Shown in pieces: positions 1 to 10,264 of a stretch of 64,000 nucleotides of DNA (its first letter is position 1; each line of letters starts with the position of its first letter). The DNA comes from a bacterium. GTDB taxonomy: Bacteria > SAR324 > XYD2-FULL-50-16 > G965216635. Both the position numbers and the translations under genes were made by a program. The notes below the pieces were generated by a model. The model searched no databases, was not told the DNA's origin, and saw nothing but the letters and a program-made list of their open reading frames with translations. The stretch lies in contig OZ244188.1 in NCBI GenBank assembly GCA_965216635.1, positions 1,344,001 through 1,408,000 of the forward strand, in the 5' to 3' direction.

Positions 1-1303
1 TTTTTCCGGTCCAACTTCCTAAAACAACTCCTTCTTGTCCGCTTAAAAAAGCATCATCTGACGCAAACATTTCCCATTGGCTTTGAAAATCTATTTCAAA
101 ATAAGGTGCAAAAAAATGAGATTGCTGAAAACTTGTTTTTAAATATTTTCTTTCACTAAAATCTGTATCCAAGCGAGAACCCGCAAGTTTGTTTTCTTTG
201 GTTATAAAATCAAAATTTCTTTGTGTTTCCATCGTGATTTTACCACCTTTCCAATGATAACCTAGTTGGATGTTATCTTCTCTTGCTTGAGAAGAATTTA
301 AAGGATAGGTCTTATCAGTAAAATAATTTTCTTTTACTTCGCTATCAGATTGCTTAGCGGATTCTATAAAAATATCTCCGTTTTTTAAAAAATGATTTCT
401 ATGAAAAAGGCTAGCAAAATATCTTTGCGGGAAAAATGCTTCCTCTCTAGGTTGGACGCTTTCCTTAAGATACCAAAATCTAAATTCTGTTTCTCTATTT
501 TTCTTGCCAAGATTATGAAGTTCATTGTCTAACCCTAACCCTCTAGTTTGTAGATAATCTAAAGTCAAGGTGTAGTCTGTATGTGGAGATAGATTAAAAA
601 AATATGGAATTTGTAGTCTCAAACCGTATTCATTTTCCGAATCTCCAGCTCTATAAGAAAAACTGGGAGGAAGAACGCCACTTTTTCTACCTAAAACAGT
701 GGGCCAAGCAAAGATAGGAAAATAAAGGATGGGAATCTTTCTCAAATAAAAAAGACTATGCCTGCCAGATGCAAAATTATCTACCCTATAAGTAGTTTTT
801 TGAAAAAAAATCTCCCAAGTTTTATTTGTTTTTTCGCTTACTTCTCCAGCTGTTTTTTCGTTTGTTTTTTCACCTATTTGGCAGCTAGTAAAAAATGCAT
901 TTTCTAACTCGTATACTGCGGTTTCTTTTTGCTGAATTTTAGAGGCTTGTATTTCTAGTTGATTTTTCACATCTTGAATCAGACCATTTTCTATTTTGAA
1001 AAAACCAGTTTTGGTGTCTGCTTCCATTTCTTCCGCCGTGATTTTTAAGGATTGATTTTGAATCTCTACAGCACCTTGGAGTAGTATTTTTTTTTGTTTT
1101 GGAAAGTGAAAAATTCGTTCAGCTTTCATATTCCAACTTCCAGCTTCTGTTTGTAAGTTAAGTTGGGCGTTTTTATAGACAATATTGTTATTTTTAAGAA
1201 CAATTTCCCCAGCGAGTAATTTTAAAGAAACTTCGGCTTTAAGGGTAGGACAAAAAAAGAAGAGGTAAAAAAACAGCAAAAAACTTCTGTGAAAGAATTT
1301 CAT
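1..1303 (-). CDS. lptD: LPS-assembly protein LptD, 5' part (runs off window start)
   Basis: Manual translation from ATG at 1303 (MKFFHRSFLLFFYLFFFCPTLKAE, signal-like); contains FPIFAWPTVLGRKSGVLPPS followed by a QIPYFFNL-type segment typical of LptD. Not in ORF track because truncated. Confidence 0.75.
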   Translation of the reverse strand, partial: MKFFHRSFLLFFYLFFFCPTLKAEVSLKLLAGEIVLKNNNIVYKNAQLNLQTEAGSWNMKAERIFHFPKQKKILLQGAVEIQNQSLKITAEEMEADTKTGFFKIENGLIQDVKNQLEIQASKIQQKETAVYELENAFFTSCQIGEKTNEKTAGEVSEKTNKTWEIFFQKTTYRVDNFASGRHSLFYLRKIPILYFPIFAWPTVLGRKSGVLPPSFSYRAGDSENEYGLRLQIPYFFNLSPHTDYTLTLDYLQTRGLGLDNELHNLGKKNRETEFRFWYLKESVQPREEAFFPQRYFASLFHRNHFLKNGDIFIESAKQSDSEVKENYFTDKTYPLNSSQAREDNIQLGYHWKGGKITMETQRNFDFITKENKLAGSRLDTDFSERKYLKTSFQQSHFFAPYFEIDFQSQWEMFASDDAFLSGQEGVVLGSWTGK

Positions 1304-1327
1304 TGGTGAGCTAGCTTGGCTACAAAT

Positions 1328-2002
1328 TTAATCGCCGAAAGATTTTTTAAAGTTTTTTAAAATAACTTGAAACAAAGCTTCTCCTTTTTTTGTTTGTTTT
1401 TCTTGACTAGGAATATCAGAAAATTGATGAAAATTATCACCGAACCATACAAGTCGCCCAGCCTTCAAATCTATGACACTCAGTCTTAAATAAAGTAAAT
1501 TTTCTTCTTCGCATTCTTCGCAAGCCCAAAATAAAATTTGAGGAACCAGCAAAACATCAAATTTAGTTTGTGTATAAAAAGCACTACTTAAATCTTTATT
1601 GATACGAAAAAAAAGCAAAAAGTCTTCTAAAAAAAAATCGGCTTGAGAAAGGAGCTCTAGTTTAATTTTAGAAGGCAGAGTTTCTTCTAAAATCAAGTTT
1701 TTGGCATCGGAAGTTTGAGTAAAAAAATTTGTCCTCCAAAATTTGCTGCTTTGTTGATTGAGCTGTTCTGAAAAATCTTGAATTTCTTTAAACTTTAAAA
1801 GCTCGGTTCTAATAAAAGGAGAAAAAACAAAAATTCTTTTTCCTTCTAAAAAATTTTTCTCTTTTTTGTATTTCAATGGTTTTATTTTTTCTAAACTTTT
1901 TGGACGAACATTTATGTCTAAATCTGCGACCCAAACTTGAGTGGAATTATTCACACAACCAAGTAAAAAAAATATTATAAGTAGGCTAGAAAGTAGTTTC
2001 AT
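1328..2002 (-). CDS. Putative lipoprotein, unknown function
   Basis: Signal peptide with lipobox LLGC; co-oriented between murG and lptD. Confidence 0.65.
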   Translation of the reverse strand: MKLLSSLLIIFFLLGCVNNSTQVWVADLDINVRPKSLEKIKPLKYKKEKNFLEGKRIFVFSPFIRTELLKFKEIQDFSEQLNQQSSKFWRTNFFTQTSDAKNLILEETLPSKIKLELLSQADFFLEDFLLFFRINKDLSSAFYTQTKFDVLLVPQILFWACEECEEENLLYLRLSVIDLKAGRLVWFGDNFHQFSDIPSQEKQTKKGEALFQVILKNFKKSFGD

Positions 2003-2005
2003 TGA

Positions 2006-3121
2006 TTAGTGTTTTTCAAAATAGTTACAAACAGAACGGTAAATTTTCTTCACAGCCTCTCCTTTATAATAAGAATGAGAAATTTTTTCCAGTCTTGCGT
2101 GGTTTTTTTTATCCTCAATTATTTTTTCAATCATCGCAGTTAATTTTTCAGGACAAGCATTTTTTTCTTCTAATAAAAAACAGCCAGCATTTTTTTGCAG
2201 CTGCAATGCGTTTTGTCTCTGATGGTCTCCACTAGCATTAGGAATAGGAATAAGTATACCGATTCTTCCCGCTGCTATCATTTCAAAAACCCCCGCTCCT
2301 GAGCGACAGATAAACAAGTGAGTATTTTTATAAATTTCAACCATTTTGTCAAAAAATGTATTCAAATAACACTCCACACTACTTTGCTGATAAATTTTTT
2401 GAAGTCTTGGGTAGTCTAGCTTTCCTGATTGATGGACTATGCAAATTTTATTTTTGATAGATTCTAAAAAAGGCAGACTTTCTATAATGAGCGAATTGAT
2501 GAAACTAGATCCTTGACTGCCTCCTAGCACTGTAATTTGAAATTTTTTATTTGCTCGGCTCTTATTAATATCTCTATTGTTTTTCCAGAGTGCGTGGATT
2601 TCATTTCTTATAGGGTTGCCTGTCACGACAGCATGTTTGAAAAATCCATTCTTATCAGGATAAACCAAAAAACTCAAAGCCGCATATTTTCCTAAAAAAC
2701 GGTTAGTCATCCCAGGGTGAGCATTTTGTTCTTGAATAAAAAAAGTTTTTCTCAATATTAAACAGGCGAGCAAAAAAGGACCCGAAACATAGCCTCCCAC
2801 TCCTATTACAAAATCAGGTTTCCAAATAAAGATGTAATAAAGTGACTTTAAAATAGCACAAGGAAGCAGGCACAAAGCAACTATTTTTTTAAAAACACCC
2901 ACTCTATAAAGACCTAGCACTGGAAGAAAAAAAAGTGAAAAATCTGTTTTTGCTAAAACTTTTTTTTCTATGCCTCTGCTGGAACCAATAAATCTAATTC
3001 TGCAATGGGGGTGCATTTTATAAAAATACTCAGCAATAGAAATTCCCGGAAAAAGATGTCCGCCTGTTCCTCCGCCAGCGATGACGATGCTTTTGAGCTT
3101 GTGAGTTTTTTTTTTATTCAA
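2006..3121 (-). CDS. murG: Lipid II GlcNAc transferase MurG
   Basis: AGGGTGGHLFP, GVGGYVSGP, EQNAHPG, TGNPIR, LGGSQG motifs. Confidence 0.97.
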   Translation of the reverse strand: MNKKKTHKLKSIVIAGGGTGGHLFPGISIAEYFYKMHPHCRIRFIGSSRGIEKKVLAKTDFSLFFLPVLGLYRVGVFKKIVALCLLPCAILKSLYYIFIWKPDFVIGVGGYVSGPFLLACLILRKTFFIQEQNAHPGMTNRFLGKYAALSFLVYPDKNGFFKHAVVTGNPIRNEIHALWKNNRDINKSRANKKFQITVLGGSQGSSFINSLIIESLPFLESIKNKICIVHQSGKLDYPRLQKIYQQSSVECYLNTFFDKMVEIYKNTHLFICRSGAGVFEMIAAGRIGILIPIPNASGDHQRQNALQLQKNAGCFLLEEKNACPEKLTAMIEKIIEDKKNHARLEKISHSYYKGEAVKKIYRSVCNYFEKH

Positions 3122-3164
3122 GGTGCCTCTGCAGAATGTTACAAGGTTGCCTCTACAGAATGTC

Positions 3165-4589
3165 CTAAAAACTCAAATGGAAGGAGAGGCTGATGACGAG
3201 TGGTGCTTTTAGTTCGGCATCGGTTTCTGTAGTTGCGGTTGTCTGAGTTTCTGAGGCTCCTGCTGGAATCTGGATTTCGTTTATATATACAGTTCTGCTG
3301 CGGACTTGGGTCACTGGTGTTCTAAGATCATAATCAAACATTTGAGTACTAGGTAAAACAAAATAGCTTGCGGTAATAGATTGTTTGAAACCAAATTGTA
3401 TTAGGGAAACACCAACCACTGCTGAATCGCCGCGGTCAGGAGTCTGCGTTTCTTCAAAAGAGCGTAACACAATGGGAGTAGTATTAACATTAGCAGTAGT
3501 AGTATTATTAGTAGTAACACTGTTTTTTAGAGAAACTCCCGAGATATACTTAGTCAAGCCAAAATTAAGCGATAGGTTGGGGGTTAATTTCTGCTTATAG
3601 CCGATCTGAATCGCGGGACTTGTGGCAGAGCCGCTGGCGGATCCATTGGTAAGCTTCATACTCGCTAGACCGCCTCCTACAAAAAGACCCTCGTTTACAA
3701 AATAATCCGCCATAACTAGCGTATTGGCGAGCTCGTTATCTCCACCTTTGCCAGTGAAGTGAGTCAAGGAGGCTCTCCATTTTTCCCACCTAAAGCCGAA
3801 TTGCAGGCCAATACCAGAAAGTTTATCGCTCTTGCTACTAGTGATTGCTGTTGGATCCACAATTACAGCAGTTGGAGTTGGTTCTGAATCGTCAGATACC
3901 CCCTTATAAGCAGAAAGAGTAATAGAGGTTCTATCGGAGGAAAGATCACCGAAAAAGTAAGCGAAACAATAATTAGTGTCATCTCCATCATTTCTTATTC
4001 CCGTAGGAAATAGATTCTGATTACTGTGCACTATCGTGCCAGGTCCATCACTTGTGGTGGTCACACTAGTTCCTTCACCTTTACTTGTGCCTGCATCAAA
4101 AGAATCCAGAGCAACGGTGCCATAACTATAAGTTCTACCATCCGCTGTAACCGATGTGACTCCTGTTTCACAACTCTCTTTCAAAAGAGTTCCTACTCCG
4201 TTATAATGATAATTACCAATAAACGGGGTATTATAAAAAATGGCATCTACGTTGGCGACTATAGAAGTTGCGTCTGAAGAGCCAGTGATTCTATAGCCTG
4301 TTATAGCGTTTGCAGTGGTTGTGATATTTGTGGTGACCTTTTTTGTGCTATCCACTTTAAAACCACTTAGATAGACAAAACCAGCGAAAAATCCCTGCTT
4401 GCTGTTACCATTCGCTTGGGCTTGCAGATTACTGCCTCCAAAAGTAAAGGCACTTCCTATAAGAAGAGCGGGAACAAGAATAGCTGCCAAAAAGAAACGA
4501 ACCAGAGTAAAACGAGCCAAAATAAAACGAGCCAAAACGAAACGAACAGCAAAAGTTTTCTTTAAAACTTGGGAATTTGTGTTTTTCAT
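3165..4589 (-). CDS. Variable outer-membrane beta-barrel protein, paralog 1
   Basis: Signal peptide, amphipathic strands, C-terminal LVISLSFHLSF beta-signal; shares long DNA blocks with 36704-41614 copies. Confidence 0.75.
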   Translation of the reverse strand: MKNTNSQVLKKTFAVRFVLARFILARFTLVRFFLAAILVPALLIGSAFTFGGSNLQAQANGNSKQGFFAGFVYLSGFKVDSTKKVTTNITTTANAITGYRITGSSDATSIVANVDAIFYNTPFIGNYHYNGVGTLLKESCETGVTSVTADGRTYSYGTVALDSFDAGTSKGEGTSVTTTSDGPGTIVHSNQNLFPTGIRNDGDDTNYCFAYFFGDLSSDRTSITLSAYKGVSDDSEPTPTAVIVDPTAITSSKSDKLSGIGLQFGFRWEKWRASLTHFTGKGGDNELANTLVMADYFVNEGLFVGGGLASMKLTNGSASGSATSPAIQIGYKQKLTPNLSLNFGLTKYISGVSLKNSVTTNNTTTANVNTTPIVLRSFEETQTPDRGDSAVVGVSLIQFGFKQSITASYFVLPSTQMFDYDLRTPVTQVRSRTVYINEIQIPAGASETQTTATTETDAELKAPLVISLSFHLSF

Positions 4590-4624
4590 AATTATTTGTA
4601 ATGAAAATGTTAGTATTAAATTAA

Positions 4625-4653
4625 AAATTAGCAGAAAAAAAAAATTTTGTCAA
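4625..4653 (-). promoter_or_regulatory. sigma70-like promoter of OMP paralog 1 with T10 tract in spacer
   Basis: TTGACA-N17-TAATTT with TG extension on minus strand; same architecture in other paralogs. Confidence 0.6.
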
Positions 4654-4865
4654 AAGTATTTAGTGCCTATTGGCATCTTTTTATTTTTTCTGACTATTTC
4701 TTATAAAGAATAATTATAAAAAAACACCTTCTTGTCAAGCTATTCTATTGGCTATTGGCAGTTTTTTTTCTGTTTCTAGCTATTTTTTATAAAAAATAAT
4801 AAAACTTGTTTTTTTTGAAAAAATGTTGTATAGTTTAGACAAAATATAATTCAATAGTTTTACTA

Positions 4866-5570
4866 ATGCAAAAACAAACACTTACTATGCAAAAACAAAC
4901 TACCATCAATCCAAAAGAATTTCAAGCAATTGCTTTTCAAGTGCTAGAGTTTTTAAGAAAAGATAAAAGCACAGCCTCTGAGCTTTCAGCAGCTGCTACA
5001 AAAATGGATAAAAGCACAGCCTCTGAGCTTTCAGCAGCTGCTACAAAAATGGATAAAAACGCAGCCTCTAAGCTTTCAGCAGCTGCTACAAAAATGGATA
5101 AAAGCACAGCCTCTGAGCTTTCAGCAGCTGCTACAAAAATGGATAAAAACGCAGATCTTATAGAAAAAATGGGAGAATACAAAAGCGATACTGACTTTAA
5201 AATAGAGAAGCTTCGCACAGATCTTATAGAAAAAATAGAGAATATTCGCACAGATCTTATAGAAAAAATAGCAAATACTGACATAAAAATAGAGAGGATT
5301 CGCACAGATCTTATAGAAAAAATAGAGAATATTCGCACAGATCTTATAGAAAAAATAGCAAATACTGACATAAAAATAGAGAGGATTCGCTCAGATCTTA
5401 TAGAAAAAATGGGAGAATACAAAAGCGATACTGACCTTAAAATAGCAAATATTGACCTTAAAATAGCAAATACTAGAACTGTTTTACTGCAATGGCTTTT
5501 CAGAGCGACTGTAACCAGTATTGGTTTATTATCAGCTATAATATTTGGCTTATTAAAATTTTTTGGTTAG
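4866..5570 (+). CDS. Repeat-rich coiled-coil protein with C-terminal membrane anchor (Bdr/DUF1640-like)
   Basis: 4x DKSTASELSAAATKM-type repeats (45 bp), several RTDLIEKIENI repeats, C-terminal hydrophobic helix. Confidence 0.65.
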   Translation: MQKQTLTMQKQTTINPKEFQAIAFQVLEFLRKDKSTASELSAAATKMDKSTASELSAAATKMDKNAASKLSAAATKMDKSTASELSAAATKMDKNADLIEKMGEYKSDTDFKIEKLRTDLIEKIENIRTDLIEKIANTDIKIERIRTDLIEKIENIRTDLIEKIANTDIKIERIRSDLIEKMGEYKSDTDLKIANIDLKIANTRTVLLQWLFRATVTSIGLLSAIIFGLLKFFG

Positions 5571-5637
5571 CTTTGCCTAAACGTCACATAACGATAATGC
5601 AAAAATCTTATAGAAGACCACATTCTAAAACTCCAAA

Positions 5638-6999
5638 TTGAAACTAGAATTTTTTATTGCTCTGCGTTATCTAAAAAGTCCTAAAAAATCCCGTTCTATT
5701 TCTTTTATTACAAATATTGCCGTGGTGGGAGTGACCATTGGAGTAGCGGCTTTAATTGTCGTTTTATCTGTAATGAATGGTTTTGAGCAGGATTTAAAAA
5801 AAGCTCTTATAGGAGCAAATGCTCATCTTACGCTATCTGCCTTTGCTAGTGGAGGAAAACAACAGATAGAAAATTCTCCACAAATTATAGAAGATATTCG
5901 GCAATTTACGACAGTAGAACATGTCTCTGCTTATAGCCTAGATCAAGCTTTGATAAGCTCCCGTGATGCCCCTAGTGGCGTTCTTTTGAAAGGGATAGAT
6001 CCACAAATGGAGCTACAGGGAAACAAAATAGGTTCTTTGATTAGAAAAAATCTTTATAAGACAGAAATATCAGACAAAAAACAGACAAAAGCTTCGCAGG
6101 CAAAACACGAAAAAGAAGTAAAAGAAATTTTACAAAATTTGAAAGCACAGCCCAGAAAAATAGGAGATCCTACTGGAAATCTTGCTGGAAATTTTGTTGG
6201 GGAAACATTAGCTGGAATTGTTATCGGAACCGCTTTGGCGAAGAATTTGAATCTGGATTTAAACGACACTTTGACTATTTTGTCTTCTAAACAAAAAATA
6301 TCTCCTTTTGGACAAATACCGCAGCGCAGAAAATTTATAGTAGTAGGTTTTTTTGAAAGTGGTTTGAGCGCTTACGATGAGATTTTTACTTTAATTGACC
6401 TCAAAGAAGCGCAAAAAACTTTTAGACTCAAAAATAATATCAGGGGTTATTCTATCTATTTGCACGATTTAGACGCTGTGAAAAAAACTCAAGATAAACT
6501 CATAAAAAAATTTCCTTTTCCCTATACTGTGACTAGTTGGATAGATGATAATTATAATCTTTTTGCAGTTTTAAAATTAGAGAAATTGGGTTTGGGAGTG
6601 ATTTTATTTTTGATCACACTGGTTGCTTCTTTTAATATCATCAGCTCTTTGGTGATTGTGGTAAATGAAAAAGGCAAAGATATAGCGATTCTTAAAGCTA
6701 TGGGGATGCGTAATTCTTCTATCCGCAATATATTTATAATACAGGGGTTTGTGATCGGTTTTTTAGGATCTCTAGTAGGCTCCCTGTTGGGGCTTTTCAT
6801 TTGTTGGATTTTGGGAAGTTTTTCTGTTATTAAAATTCCACAAGGAGTTTATGTGACCGATAAAATACCTATATTAGTAGATGGGTTTCAAGTAGGATTG
6901 ATTTTATTTCTTTCCTTGCTGGCTTGTTTTTTGGTGACTATTTTTCCTTCAAGAAAAGCGGCACAACTGAACCCTGTAGATGGACTTAGATATGAATAA
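5638..6999 (+). CDS. lolC: Lipoprotein-releasing ABC permease LolC/E
   Basis: FIALRYL, GVAALIVVLSVMNGF, DIAILKAMG, AAQLNPVDGLRYE; upstream of lolD and bamA. Confidence 0.92.
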   Translation: MKLEFFIALRYLKSPKKSRSISFITNIAVVGVTIGVAALIVVLSVMNGFEQDLKKALIGANAHLTLSAFASGGKQQIENSPQIIEDIRQFTTVEHVSAYSLDQALISSRDAPSGVLLKGIDPQMELQGNKIGSLIRKNLYKTEISDKKQTKASQAKHEKEVKEILQNLKAQPRKIGDPTGNLAGNFVGETLAGIVIGTALAKNLNLDLNDTLTILSSKQKISPFGQIPQRRKFIVVGFFESGLSAYDEIFTLIDLKEAQKTFRLKNNIRGYSIYLHDLDAVKKTQDKLIKKFPFPYTVTSWIDDNYNLFAVLKLEKLGLGVILFLITLVASFNIISSLVIVVNEKGKDIAILKAMGMRNSSIRNIFIIQGFVIGFLGSLVGSLLGLFICWILGSFSVIKIPQGVYVTDKIPILVDGFQVGLILFLSLLACFLVTIFPSRKAAQLNPVDGLRYE

Positions 7000-7684
7000 T
7001 ATTTGTGAGTTGAAATCTGTCTTTAAATCTTACTGGGACGGAGCAGATAAAAAACTCAGTGTGTTAGAAAATATCAACTTAAAAATCAAAGAGCAAAGCC
7101 AGATGGTGATTACCGGCGAATCGGGTTCTGGGAAAAGCACTTTACTTTATCTTTTAGGAGGACTGGATACTGTAGATAGTGGTGAAATTTATTTTCACGA
7201 TAGAAAAATAAATGGGACGAAACTTTGCCAGTGGAGAAGCCGATTTTTAGGGTTTGTTTTTCAATTCCACCACCTACTCCCTGATTTTAGTGCTTTGGAA
7301 AATATCTATTTAGCGGGGATGATTTCGCAATCCAATTCTGTAAAAATAAAACAACAGGCAAGAGAACTGCTGAATTTTATGAATTTAAGTCAAAGAGAAA
7401 ATCATAGACCTTTTCAATTATCAGGAGGGGAACAACAAAGAGTAGCCATAGCTCGTGCTTTGATTAATTCCCCGCAGTTGATTTTAGCGGATGAACCGAC
7501 CGGTAATTTAGATTTTAAAGCGAACGAGCAGGTTTTTGAATTGTTACAAAAGATCTGCAAAGAAAAAAAATCTTCTTTAGTGCTGGTTACTCATAATAGA
7601 GATTTGGTGCAAAAATTTTCTTTACGCTATAACCTTGCCAATGGGGAGCTTAAAAAAGCAAACACCTTCCCTCACAAAAATTAA
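6980..7684 (+). CDS. lolD: Lipoprotein-releasing ABC ATPase LolD (start may be ~6992)
   Basis: GESGSGKST, GFVFQFHHLL, LSGGEQQRVAIARAL, ADEPTGNLD. Confidence 0.93.
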   Translation: MDLDMNNICELKSVFKSYWDGADKKLSVLENINLKIKEQSQMVITGESGSGKSTLLYLLGGLDTVDSGEIYFHDRKINGTKLCQWRSRFLGFVFQFHHLLPDFSALENIYLAGMISQSNSVKIKQQARELLNFMNLSQRENHRPFQLSGGEQQRVAIARALINSPQLILADEPTGNLDFKANEQVFELLQKICKEKKSSLVLVTHNRDLVQKFSLRYNLANGELKKANTFPHKN

Positions 7685-7708
7685 AATTGTAAAAAAAAAA
7701 CCACAATA

Positions 7709-7891
7709 AAAAAACTAAACTAAAAAAGCCCCAATAAAAAAGCCATGCGTAAATTTAAAATATCAGCCAAAAAACTAAACTAAAAAAGCCCCAATAAAAA
7801 AGCCATGCGTAAATTTAAAATATCAGCCAAAAAACTAAACTAAAAAAGCCACAATAAAAAAGCCATGCGTAAATTTAAAATATCAGCCAAA
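7709..7891 (+). repeat. ~3x 60-bp tandem duplication of bamA leader and first codons
   Basis: 7741-7800 and 7801-7860 near-identical; ATGCGTAAATTTAAAATATCAGCC at 7745, 7805, 7865. Confidence 0.95.
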
Positions 7892-10264
7892 TTGAAAATA
7901 TCAGTTACTCTCTGTTTTTTTTTACTAACAAATAATTTTTTACTCGCTCAAGACTTTGAAAATATTAAAGGGGATATTACAGCCTTTAGTGTATCAGGTA
8001 TAGAGTATTCTCCTAAGAGTAAAATCCTCTCTTTCATCAATCTCAACAAAGGCAGAGCTTTAAATACTATTTTAGTAGTAAATATAATTAAAGAGCTTTA
8101 TGCATTGAATTTGTTTGAGGATATTCAGGTGAGGGCGGAATCTTTGGGAAAAAATCAAGTCAAACTCCATTTTGATTTTGTAGAAAAAGATAGAATTGAT
8201 AGTATTAGCTTTCAAGGAAATAATAAACTCAGTGAAAATAAACTTATGGAAGCTATTCAAACAAGACAGTTTGATTTTATAGATGAAGTGCAAATTCAAA
8301 TAGACATCAAGAGAATTGTTCAAGCCTATATTCAAGAAGGCTATAGTAAAGTAAAAGTTTTATATCGCTGGGAAAGAGAAAAAAACAAGATAGGGCTGGT
8401 TTTTCAAGTGCTAGAAAGTAGTAAAAGTTATCTTACCAAAATCAAAATCAAAGGCAGCAAACATTTTTTACCGATAGACTTGGAAAGAAAAATGCAGTCT
8501 TCCGAAATTGATTGTTTTTCGTGGGTTAATCAATCGGGTAGATTTGACGAGCAAAAAATCGGCGCTGATTTGCAAATTATTTCGCAGGCTTATTTTAAAG
8601 ATGGTTTCATTGAGATAGAAATATCTAAACCTAAAATTGTTTTTATTATATCTCCAGAATTTACGACAGTAGAAGTTAGCTTTGATGTTAAGGAAGGAAA
8701 GCAATACTTTGTCAATAATATAGAAATAGAGTCTTTGGACGAAGACCAAGATTTACTTCTTCCTAAAGAAGAAATTTTTAAAAAAATAAACCTCAAAAAA
8801 GGAGATCCTTATAATATTCTTCAGCAAGGAAGTGATAGAAGTGTTGTCAATAGTATTTATCAAGATTTAGGCTATGCCTTTAGCGTAGTTCAAGTGAAAA
8901 GGAATATAGATAGCGAAAATCAACTTGTGGATTTGCTCTTTGAAGTTCAGAAAAGAGAAAAGGTCTACATCAACCGTATAGAGTTTTATGGAAATAGAGA
9001 AACAAAAGACGATATTCTTCGTAGAGAACTAACCATCTACGACGGAGAGCTATTCAATGGCAACAAAATTAGAACAAGTCTATCAAAAATCAGAAGACTA
9101 GGCTATTTCGTGCCTCAGGTTGGGGTGCGTTATTCCAGTCAACTTTCCGAGGCTGGAAACGAAGCGAACTATAATTTTCAACTCCAAGAGGCACAAACTG
9201 GCTCTATTTCTGGAGGCTTGAGCTATAGCACTTCCGCTGGATTGGGGGTAAATTTTTCTATAAGTAAAAGCAATTTTTTGGGGACAGGTAGAAGAATAGC
9301 TTTTAAGATTGATAAGCAAGAGAATACTAATTCTGGTAGTATTTCTTTTACCGAACCTTATTTTTTAGATAGCAAATGGAGAACTACAACCACCCTTTCT
9401 ACATCTTTTGAAGATAAAGACGCTAATAATAGAGACTTTAATAGCAATACAGAAGGTTGGTCTCAGGGGTTTTCTTATCCTATATGGCCCAGATGGTCTT
9501 TAGGATTATCCTATAGTTTTTCTCAAACTAGATATTCTGATATTACAAAAGGAATCTCCATCAATAATACAGAAACTCATTCTATAACCAATAGCTGGAG
9601 TTACAGCACAGTTAACCACCCTCAATTTCCAACCGATGGAGCGTCTTCTACTTTGCGTTTAACAGAAGCTGGGGGAGCTTTGGGAGGCAATGCAAACTAC
9701 AGGAGTGCTAGCTATACATTTAGATATTTTCAAACCTTGTTCGGACTACCGAGGGTGGTTTTCTATTATCGTTTTAGAGCTAGAAAATTATTTCAAAATA
9801 CAGAAGCACTAATCCCCACGGGCTCTAGGTTCCTTTTAGGAGGTACAAATAGCATAAGAGGATTTGAAAATTCAGAAATACGAGGTCCTTCTAGTCCCGT
9901 AGAACAACCTGCAGAGTTTGCTGGGCGACCACTAACTATTGAAGATAGGAATTTTTATGATCAACATATCTACGGAAACGAAGAAATTTTAAATAATTTT
10001 GAGATACTTTTTCCACTAACAAGAGAAGGCTACAGTATTCGGGGAGTGATTTTTTACGACGCGGGCAATGTTTTTGCTGAAGATAGAGTCTACGATATCG
10101 TAGGAACAGAAAAAGATTATAGATATTTAAGACAATCTTATGGGGTGGGAGTTCGCATGATTACTCCGCTTGGAATACTAAAATTTGAACACGGCACTAA
10201 AATAAATCCTAAACCATCAGAAAGTCCTGGTAAATTTGAATTTACCATTGGCTCTTTATTCTAA
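7865..10264 (+). CDS. bamA: Outer-membrane protein assembly factor BamA
   Basis: POTRA repeats, GNRETKDDILRRE, NFLGTG, SIRGF, C-terminal FEFTIGSLF. Confidence 0.96.
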   Translation: MRKFKISAKLKISVTLCFFLLTNNFLLAQDFENIKGDITAFSVSGIEYSPKSKILSFINLNKGRALNTILVVNIIKELYALNLFEDIQVRAESLGKNQVKLHFDFVEKDRIDSISFQGNNKLSENKLMEAIQTRQFDFIDEVQIQIDIKRIVQAYIQEGYSKVKVLYRWEREKNKIGLVFQVLESSKSYLTKIKIKGSKHFLPIDLERKMQSSEIDCFSWVNQSGRFDEQKIGADLQIISQAYFKDGFIEIEISKPKIVFIISPEFTTVEVSFDVKEGKQYFVNNIEIESLDEDQDLLLPKEEIFKKINLKKGDPYNILQQGSDRSVVNSIYQDLGYAFSVVQVKRNIDSENQLVDLLFEVQKREKVYINRIEFYGNRETKDDILRRELTIYDGELFNGNKIRTSLSKIRRLGYFVPQVGVRYSSQLSEAGNEANYNFQLQEAQTGSISGGLSYSTSAGLGVNFSISKSNFLGTGRRIAFKIDKQENTNSGSISFTEPYFLDSKWRTTTTLSTSFEDKDANNRDFNSNTEGWSQGFSYPIWPRWSLGLSYSFSQTRYSDITKGISINNTETHSITNSWSYSTVNHPQFPTDGASSTLRLTEAGGALGGNANYRSASYTFRYFQTLFGLPRVVFYYRFRARKLFQNTEALIPTGSRFLLGGTNSIRGFENSEIRGPSSPVEQPAEFAGRPLTIEDRNFYDQHIYGNEEILNNFEILFPLTREGYSIRGVIFYDAGNVFAEDRVYDIVGTEKDYRYLRQSYGVGVRMITPLGILKFEHGTKINPKPSESPGKFEFTIGSLF

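Noticed and set aside
4937..5422. 161-aa minus-strand ORF
   Set aside because: Antisense shadow of the repeat protein at 4866.
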